The notes below the pieces were generated by a model. It was not told the origin of the DNA. It made no database searches and saw nothing but the letters and a program-made list of their open reading frames with translations. A program made the position numbers and the translations under genes. Of a stretch of 64,000 nucleotides of DNA, positions 57,446-64,000 are shown piece after piece (the first letter of the stretch is position 1; each line of letters opens with the position of its first letter). The stretch comes from Oceanispirochaeta sp. (lineage in GTDB: Bacteria; Spirochaetota; Spirochaetia; DSM-2461): positions 1,344,001-1,408,000 of the forward strand of contig CAXXOA010000001.1 in assembly GCA_963666275.2 (NCBI GenBank), read 5' to 3'.

Positions 57446-58324
57446 TCAAACCTCCAGTAGTTCACAGATCGAGAGATTTTCCGGAGTCATGAGCTGATAG
57501 AGCGATTTCTCCAGAAGAACCCCTTCTCTCTGGGGTGTATTGTGGCCAAAAGTATTTTTTATGGCATGAATTACAAAATTCACAGCCCTGTCTATGGCGG
57601 CGGGGAGGCTGTCTCCCAGGAGGAGCCTCCCTGTGATTACGCTTGAAAACATATCTCCCGTACCGGGATAGACCGCCGGAATATGATTGGTTTCCACTTT
57701 CCAGAAACGGTCATTCCTCTTCTCATAGGCAATAACCGCATTGGTGGTCTGCCGCTTCTCCAGGGGAACGCTTGTAATGACAACCTTGTCGGGACCGAAA
57801 GAGGAGAGTTCTTTGAGAATCTTTACGATTTCATGGATGGAGACGGATTTTTTATGGGACCGTCCCAGCAGGAAGACCGCTTCCGTGTAGTTGGGCGTTA
57901 TAAGATGGGCCCGGGATACAAGGTTTTTCATGCCCTGTATCATCGAGCTGTCCAGGGGGCCGTAAAACTCTCCGTCATCACCCATCACGGGATCAACGGT
58001 AATGAGCTGGTCCGGCAGTTGAAAATGGTGGATCAGGTCCTCCACAAGCTCTATCTGACTTATGGAGCCCAGAAAACCGGAATAGATGCTGTCAAATTGA
58101 AGCGGCAGGGTTTTCCAGTGACGGATAATCTCCTCCATGGCAGAGGTCAGATCCTGAAAAAAATAGTCCTCAAAGCCGCTTGTCTGGGTAGACAGTATGG
58201 CCGTCGGAAGAGGGCAGACATTGATGCCCATGGCAGAAAGAACCGGAAGGACCACTGTCAGGGAAGATCGTCCATAGCCTGAAAGATCATGAACCGCAGC
58301 AACGCGGGGAATCGGATTTCTCAT
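57446..58324 (-). CDS. pdxK: Pyridoxal/pyridoxamine kinase
   Basis: HDLSGYGRSSL, YSGFLGS, VDPVMGD.G, TPN.TEA, GTGD.F. Confidence 0.9.
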   Translation of the reverse strand: MRNPIPRVAAVHDLSGYGRSSLTVVLPVLSAMGINVCPLPTAILSTQTSGFEDYFFQDLTSAMEEIIRHWKTLPLQFDSIYSGFLGSISQIELVEDLIHHFQLPDQLITVDPVMGDDGEFYGPLDSSMIQGMKNLVSRAHLITPNYTEAVFLLGRSHKKSVSIHEIVKILKELSSFGPDKVVITSVPLEKRQTTNAVIAYEKRNDRFWKVETNHIPAVYPGTGDMFSSVITGRLLLGDSLPAAIDRAVNFVIHAIKNTFGHNTPQREGVLLEKSLYQLMTPENLSICELLEV

Positions 58325-58423
58325 ATAAAAGAAATAATAGTATAATTGGGAAGTATTGAAAATACTTTAAAAAAATCCCGCTCTGTCGATTATAATGATA
58401 ATAGAGTGTACGGGAGGAATGGG

Positions 58424-59242
58424 GTGAATCTTACAATGTCGAGGGAAGAAGAAAAGGCTCTGCTGCTTTTAATGGGTGTCACTGCCGCATTTGATGAACA
58501 GAGTCTGAAAAAAGCCTACCGCCGCAAAGTCATGGTGTCCCATCCCGACAGGGCTTCCTCTCTGGGCAAAGACCCCGCCCTTATGCAGATTCAGTTTCAG
58601 GAGATCAATGACGCCTTTCAGCTGCTCCTGGATAAAATTCGGAAAGATAACAGTCAGATCAGCAGGAACTCCTACAGAAAAAACAGGGCCGGAGCCTACA
58701 AGCATCCTTCGGGAACCGGCAGAAAACAGCAGACCCGCAGAGGGCCGTCTTCTTCGGCGGGAGCCTACAAAACCAGGCAGAGTCAATCCGCCAGACCTGA
58801 AAGCAGCGCCAGAAAATTTCATAGGAGAACCACAGCAACAGGACAGTTCTATAAGGGCATCCTCCCCGCCAGAATTCTCCGGTTTGCCGAATACCTCTAC
58901 TATACGGGAGAAATTTCCTGGGAGGAACTGATCCATGCCATTGTCTGGCAGTACCGGAACCGGCCCAAACTGGGAGAACTGGCAGAATCCATGGGGTTCC
59001 TGGATAACAGGCAGGTCCTTCATATAATCAAAAACAGGCAAATGTCCGAAACCTTCGGTCATGCCGCGGTAAGACTGGGACTGGTAGAAAGAAAAACCCT
59101 GGATCAGCTTGTCAGGGCTCAGCGAATGATAGGCCTCCCTATCGGTAAGTATTTTACAGACAGGGAAATCCTTTCAGAAGAGCAGCTCCAGCAGAAACTT
59201 ATGTCTTTCCGCCGGCACAATTATCTTCATCATCCGTCCTGA
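58424..59242 (+). CDS. J-domain protein with C-terminal MshEN-like repeats
   Basis: LKKAYRR....HPD...FQEINDAF; basic linker; four helical repeats of type (R/K)LGE.....G.(I/L). Confidence 0.8.
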   Translation: MNLTMSREEEKALLLLMGVTAAFDEQSLKKAYRRKVMVSHPDRASSLGKDPALMQIQFQEINDAFQLLLDKIRKDNSQISRNSYRKNRAGAYKHPSGTGRKQQTRRGPSSSAGAYKTRQSQSARPESSARKFHRRTTATGQFYKGILPARILRFAEYLYYTGEISWEELIHAIVWQYRNRPKLGELAESMGFLDNRQVLHIIKNRQMSETFGHAAVRLGLVERKTLDQLVRAQRMIGLPIGKYFTDREILSEEQLQQKLMSFRRHNYLHHPS

Positions 59243-59244
59243 TC

Positions 59245-59802
59245 CTATTTCCGAATCAGGCTCATAAACTCCTCTCTTGTGGCCACAGAGTCATGAAAAC
59301 TTCCCAGTACTGAGGAGGTCACCATACTGGAGTTCTGTTTCTCCACACCCCGCATCATCATGCACATGTGGCGGCATTCCATAACAACTCCGACCCCTTC
59401 CGCATCGACCTCGTCTTTTACGGTCCTGGCTATTTCGGCAGTGAGTCGCTCCTGTATCTGGAGTCTTCTACTGTAGTAGTCTACGATCCGGGCCAGTTTG
59501 CTGACCCCGATAACCTTGTTTTTTGCTATATATCCGATATGGCAGGTCCCGAAGAAGGGCAGCATGTGGTGTTCGCAGAGACTGTACACTTCAATATCCC
59601 TGCAGAGAATCATATTGTTGGCTGCAGATTCAAAAACGGCTCCGTTGATGACCTTATTCAGGTCCATCCTGTAGCCGCTTGTCAGAAAGTTATAGGCCTC
59701 GGCGACCCGTTCAGGAGTTTTCAGCAAACCCTCTCTTTCCGGGTCTTCTCCGATTTCAATCAATAATTCTTTTATCAGTTCACTGACTCTTTCCTTATTC
59801 AT
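59245..59802 (-). CDS. folE: GTP cyclohydrolase I
   Basis: REGL.KTPERV, SLCEHH.LPF, SKLAR, RRLQIQERL, HMCM.MRG. Confidence 0.96.
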   Translation of the reverse strand: MNKERVSELIKELLIEIGEDPEREGLLKTPERVAEAYNFLTSGYRMDLNKVINGAVFESAANNMILCRDIEVYSLCEHHMLPFFGTCHIGYIAKNKVIGVSKLARIVDYYSRRLQIQERLTAEIARTVKDEVDAEGVGVVMECRHMCMMMRGVEKQNSSMVTSSVLGSFHDSVATREEFMSLIRK

Positions 59803-60289
59803 TAATCATACTCCTCAATTGGTTTGTATATTCATTCAGAGGGGATAAATCTCTGGTATCCGAGGTATTCACTCTCTCTGCCAGGATCGTTCCGTCACAG
59901 AGGATAAGTTTACAGTTGAGTTCCAGCAGGGGAAGGTAGACAAAGTTCCTTGTCAGAATATCTTTGTGAAAACCCGTTACCTCCGGGTCGATCAGAATAT
60001 CAAGATCGATCGTTCTTGACGCATACCGGTCCACCTGCTTTTTCCTTCCCAGAGCTTTTTCGATCTCCGAAAGGCTCTGTTTCAATTTTTCCGGCCCGAG
60101 GGAACAGGAGAGCTGCCAGACGCCATTGATATAGGAGGGATTGTCCCTGTGCTTGACAGGGAGGGTCCTGTAATGGGTGGAAACCGAAACGACACGGATC
60201 CCCTGATCGAGTAACTGTCTGAGAGCCGCCCTGACATTGTATTCCGGTTCAATGTTTGAACCCACAGACAGATAGACATCCCTAGTCAC
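59795..60289 (-). CDS. folK: 6-hydroxymethyl-7,8-dihydropterin pyrophosphokinase
   Basis: YLSVGSNI, IE..LGR, RTIDLDIL, R.FV..PL.E. Confidence 0.92.
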   Translation of the reverse strand: MTRDVYLSVGSNIEPEYNVRAALRQLLDQGIRVVSVSTHYRTLPVKHRDNPSYINGVWQLSCSLGPEKLKQSLSEIEKALGRKKQVDRYASRTIDLDILIDPEVTGFHKDILTRNFVYLPLLELNCKLILCDGTILAERVNTSDTRDLSPLNEYTNQLRSMINE

Positions 60290-60653
60290 GGGACTCCCTG
60301 AAAATTTCCACACCCACCGAGCGGGCAAAACGGAGAGCCGTCGGCTTTTCAACCTGAACTTTCACTGCCCTGACTCCCCGGCGGTCCAGGCAGAGAGCGG
60401 CTATTTCCTCGGTCAGTTTTTCCACAAGGAGAAACGATGAGTTTTCCGCCAGATCGATCACCGCCAGTTTGAGTTCCTTGTAGTTCACCGTGTCATTGAT
60501 ATCCTCTGAAGCGGCAGCCCGGGAAAAATCGCTGTAAAGGGTGAGATTGATTACAATATCCTGTTTATTCACCCTCTCATCCGGATTGATTCCGAGAATA
60601 CAGCGGACCAGAAGGTCCTTTATAAAAATTTTATCCATTTTTTCATAGTCCAT
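60282..60653 (-). CDS. folB: Dihydroneopterin aldolase
   Basis: DKIFI.DL...I.G....ER...Q, TVNY, L.E.L...IA, V.KP.A. Confidence 0.92.
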   Translation of the reverse strand: MDYEKMDKIFIKDLLVRCILGINPDERVNKQDIVINLTLYSDFSRAAASEDINDTVNYKELKLAVIDLAENSSFLLVEKLTEEIAALCLDRRGVRAVKVQVEKPTALRFARSVGVEIFRESRD

Positions 60654-61386
60654 AAAAACTTCCTTTCAGATGCCTTCCGCCATCTACAAATAGTATCTGG
60701 CCTGTCATAAATTCATTGCGAATAAGAAATAACAGACTCTCTGTTATATCTTCCAGCGAGCCTGTTTTTCGAAGCAGGTTGGTATCCACTCTTGCTTTGA
60801 GGTACTCTTCGGTTTCTCCCGGCGGGGGAAGTATCAGCCCCGGGGCTATGGCGTTCACCCGGATTTTCGGAGCCAGTTCGCTGCTGAGAAGGCGGGTGAT
60901 TGTAAGAAGGGCTCTTTTGCTGAGGTGGTAGGCCATATGATCGCTGCCGTTTTCAGTGATTGTAGAATCCAGGAAATTGATGATGCACTCTCCATGGTCC
61001 TTCTGGCAGGCGAACTCTCTGGAGAGAACAAAAGGAGAAAAGGCATTGATGCGGAAGTTCTCCTCAAAGTCATTCCAATCCGAACTCTGCCACTTCCCCG
61101 GGGAAAAGATAGAAGCCGAATTGACAAGGATGTCGATGCCGCCGCACTTTTTCAGTGCCTCTTTCATCAGTTCCTCTGCACTCCCGGGACGGGACAGATC
61201 CGCCTGGATCAGCCAGGCATTCCTTCCGTGCATCCTTATGGAACGTGCCAGTTCGTCAGCTTCATCCCTGGATGTATTGTAATGGATGAGGATATCCATT
61301 CCCTCTCTGGCCAGTTTCAGGGCACAGGCCCTTCCGATTCTTCTGGCGCTGCCTGTTATTAAAGCTGTTTTACCGTTTGTGCTCAT
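60643..61386 (-). CDS. Pteridine reductase / FolM-like SDR
   Basis: TGSARRIG, HYNTS, VNSAS.F, Y..SK, RVNAIAPG. Confidence 0.85.
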   Translation of the reverse strand: MSTNGKTALITGSARRIGRACALKLAREGMDILIHYNTSRDEADELARSIRMHGRNAWLIQADLSRPGSAEELMKEALKKCGGIDILVNSASIFSPGKWQSSDWNDFEENFRINAFSPFVLSREFACQKDHGECIINFLDSTITENGSDHMAYHLSKRALLTITRLLSSELAPKIRVNAIAPGLILPPPGETEEYLKARVDTNLLRKTGSLEDITESLLFLIRNEFMTGQILFVDGGRHLKGSFYGL

Positions 61387-61433
61387 ATGACTATTCTAAA
61401 CTATTCCCCCTGTTTTACCAGGAGGGAACAAAA

Positions 61434-63095
61434 CTAATCCTGGCTGATCTCATCCACAACTCTGAGGACTTCCGGAAGCAGCTGCTTTTTCCGGGAAAGA
61501 ATTCCCGGCAGATCATAAAGGTTGTCCTGAAGCTTTTTGTAGATAAGGGACTCTTCCCCTTCGGGAAAGCTTGTGCACAGAAGATAGCTGTACTCTTTCA
61601 TCACATTGGTAATGAGGATCATGGTCCAGTCCAGATGATTCTCCCTGCGCAGCTGTTCCAGAGCATCCAGGAAACTCTCTTTCATCTCCTCCACGTCCTC
61701 CAGGGTCATCACTTCCGCCTGGGATATTCCTATATTGATGGGGCCCCTGTAGGTTTTGAAGTCGCTCTTCAGAACAGTCAGAGGGTCACCGTCGCTGAGG
61801 GAGGAGTTCTGGCTGAACAGCTCCCGTCCGAAACTCTCCAGATCCACTTCGGCTATTGCCAGCAGCTCTTTCACGGTTTCCCTGTCTGTATCTGTTGTGG
61901 TGGGAGATTTGAGGATCACTGTATCCGAAAGGATCCCCGAAAGGAGAAGCTGGGCTATTTCCTTGTCCACGGGAATGGAAAACATCTTGTAGTGGACATA
62001 GACAATGGTACAGGTGCTTCCCACAGGGCGGGCGTAAACATAGATGGGTTCTCTGGTACTGCTGTTTCCCAGTCTGTGGTGATCCAGGATCTCCAGGATC
62101 TCGGTCTGATCCGCCCCGGGAATGCTCTGACTCAGTTCATTGTGGTCCATCAGGATCAGCTTCTTCCGGGGTTTCTCTATAAAGCAGCGTCTTGTGACTA
62201 TCCCGGCAAACTGATTGTCCGAAAAAACCGGCAGACCTCTGAGGGTGGAATTGACAAGTGTCTTTTTCGCATCATCATAGCTCTGATCACTGCTGACCCT
62301 CATGGGATTGGTATTGATCACATTCTTCAGAGGCGTACTGAGTCTCAGCAGCCGGATTGTTTCAGCCGTATCGCTATGGGAGATAAAAAGGGTACCCTTG
62401 TATTCGCTGAAATCCAGGGGGATTTCCTCATCCTTTGCCATTCCCGTCAGGATGATCCCCGGGAACTGCTCTTTTATGGCATATTCCAGGATATCCTCTC
62501 TCAGGCCAATGACAAGAAGGGGTTTCAGGGGGAGCAGTTTATTGATCCTGTCCCGGCTGATCTCATAGGGCATGGCGCCGGTCATGATGGGCGCTTCAAA
62601 CTCCTGATCATCTCCTCTGCGATAGAAATAACCGGGAAGAACCCTTTTAAAGTTGTTGATTCTGAACAGATAGGTGGGTCTGTTCTGCAGATTGTCGTTG
62701 ATAAGGAAGCCCGAGATCTCGTGGAGGCTTATGGTTCCCTTGAAATCCGCTTCATCCCTGAAGACAGGGATAAGGCTGAGGTTCTCTTCATCCAGCCGTT
62801 TTATGGCGGAGAATACAGGATCATTTTCATCCAGTGTGGGTATATCTCTTTTGGCTACATCCGAAACCTGCGGCGTGATATCCCTCATCAATCGGGGAGG
62901 TGTAATCCCCAGGTTCTGGAATACCATTTTTGTCTGATTGTTCAGACGGCCGCAGCGAATGGGGATGTAATGGTTTGAACTGTCTATCTGATTTTTCAGA
63001 ACACTGTAGCAGTAGGCACTGCATACCGAATCCATGTCCGGGTTTTTATGTCCTGTAATATATATGTCTGCCAGAGTTTTCTCCTTTAGTTTCAT
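61434..63095 (-). CDS. ppaC: Mn-dependent inorganic pyrophosphatase with CBS/DRTGG insert
   Basis: GHKNPDMDS, DHNE, DHHR, ILSDT, SRKKQ. Confidence 0.92.
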   Translation of the reverse strand: MKLKEKTLADIYITGHKNPDMDSVCSAYCYSVLKNQIDSSNHYIPIRCGRLNNQTKMVFQNLGITPPRLMRDITPQVSDVAKRDIPTLDENDPVFSAIKRLDEENLSLIPVFRDEADFKGTISLHEISGFLINDNLQNRPTYLFRINNFKRVLPGYFYRRGDDQEFEAPIMTGAMPYEISRDRINKLLPLKPLLVIGLREDILEYAIKEQFPGIILTGMAKDEEIPLDFSEYKGTLFISHSDTAETIRLLRLSTPLKNVINTNPMRVSSDQSYDDAKKTLVNSTLRGLPVFSDNQFAGIVTRRCFIEKPRKKLILMDHNELSQSIPGADQTEILEILDHHRLGNSSTREPIYVYARPVGSTCTIVYVHYKMFSIPVDKEIAQLLLSGILSDTVILKSPTTTDTDRETVKELLAIAEVDLESFGRELFSQNSSLSDGDPLTVLKSDFKTYRGPINIGISQAEVMTLEDVEEMKESFLDALEQLRRENHLDWTMILITNVMKEYSYLLCTSFPEGEESLIYKKLQDNLYDLPGILSRKKQLLPEVLRVVDEISQD

Positions 63096-63136
63096 TTTAT
63101 GGGTAAAATCATACCGGGAATAAGGCCATCTGTCTA

Positions 63137-63781
63137 TCAATCAGGGATCTCATAAGCCCTGGCTTCCTCTTTGAGCAGATGACTGGAAAGCCAGCGGGGA
63201 GCATGCCCCTCTTCGGCGTTTCTTGCTCTCATGGGATCATTCACATCGAGGTCGTCGGGCTGCAGGAGGTTCATTTTGGCCAGGATGATTCCCTTTCTGT
63301 AATTGTGATGGATATAGCGGATATTCCCCAGGGAGTCGGTGCTGACGACCATTCCCACATGGGTCAGTTCATCATTGATCCTGCCGTCTCCGTTGTGGTC
63401 ATAGGTGTCATCCCAGAAGAGAAGATCTCCCGGACGGGGGTAATCGGTTCTGTAGAGAAGGTCAAGATCGCCCATATAGGCATAGAGCCTCTGAACACCC
63501 CCGCCCTGATACAGGTTGAAACTTTCTGCCAGATCGATACCGGAGCGGTAGTAAATGGCAAGGACAACCCCTGTACAGTCCAGATTGAACTGTCTGTCCC
63601 TGACTCTGAGGGTATTTTTTCCCAGGGCCCACTGGGCGGAGTCTATCAGTTTCATCTGCACCGGGCTGACAGTGCCGTCCGGAACGGAGGCTTCCGGAAT
63701 ATTCCTCTCCGGCAGAGCACCCCCGGTGGCACAGGCTCCCAGGAGGAAAATCAACAAAGGCAAACTCATGAGCTTTTTCAT
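63137..63781 (-). CDS. NlpC/P60-family lipoprotein
   Basis: LLGAC lipobox, DCTG, PGDLLFW, THVGMV. Confidence 0.8.
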   Translation of the reverse strand: MKKLMSLPLLIFLLGACATGGALPERNIPEASVPDGTVSPVQMKLIDSAQWALGKNTLRVRDRQFNLDCTGVVLAIYYRSGIDLAESFNLYQGGGVQRLYAYMGDLDLLYRTDYPRPGDLLFWDDTYDHNGDGRINDELTHVGMVVSTDSLGNIRYIHHNYRKGIILAKMNLLQPDDLDVNDPMRARNAEEGHAPRWLSSHLLKEEARAYEIPD

Positions 63782-63875
63782 CTGACCATCCTTTCCTTAA
63801 AAGGGGGTTGGGAAATACTGGTATCTATTGTAGTTTTACTCATAACCAGTGTAAAGAGTTGCCAGGAGGATCAGA

Positions 63876-64000
63876 ATGGATTACAGGGTCAGTCTAAGGA
63901 AAATGTCTACCGCTCCAGGACATCCCATACAATATAGGATGGAAAGCGATCAGGGGGAGATTCTGATCAATGAATGGATAGGCCGGGAGATCTCACTCTT
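63876..64000 (+). CDS. 5' part of a probable DUF2797-family protein (runs off the window)
   Basis: AGGAGG RBS; MDYRVSLRKMSTAPGHPIQYRM...INEWIGREISL. Confidence 0.55.
   Translation, partial: MDYRVSLRKMSTAPGHPIQYRMESDQGEILINEWIGREISL

Noticed and set aside
61377..62978. 533-aa plus-strand ORF
   Set aside because: Antisense shadow of ppaC

Overview
Chromosomal window from an anaerobic bacterium, probably a free-living spirochaete (Spirochaetaceae-like). This assignment is inferred from the lipoprotein/solute-binding-protein N-termini, an MCP-type C-terminal remnant and gene content. 1-10.6 kb is an accessory region of co-oriented small genes (Ere-like esterase, GNATs, two TetR modules with visible operators, HAD, APH-like kinase, methyltransferase, Nim/PNPOx-like) and an AT-rich lipoprotein. 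It ends at a REP-associated HUH tyrosine transposase (RAYT/TnpA-Y1) surrounded by at least 14 exact copies of the 10-mer GGGACGGAGG/CCTCCGTCCC in oriented clusters. Next come: a Moco/Tuco riboswitch with tupABC-moeA-moaA-moaC-MOSC-mogA; a LacI-controlled sugar ABC transporter plus FAD oxidoreductase; putP; a PAS-GAF-GGDEF protein; a hydCBA-nfnAB operon; a SET-domain plus CorA-like membrane gene pair; gatCAB with non-discriminating aspS; a divergent lipid cluster around an XRE/cobalamin-binding (CarH-like) regulator; asnS, rlmN, panE and pdxK; a J-domain protein; folM-folB-folK-folE; CBS-pyrophosphatase; and an NlpC/P60 lipoprotein. No rRNA, tRNA or CRISPR array was seen. All calls are by eye from motifs; no database search was run.
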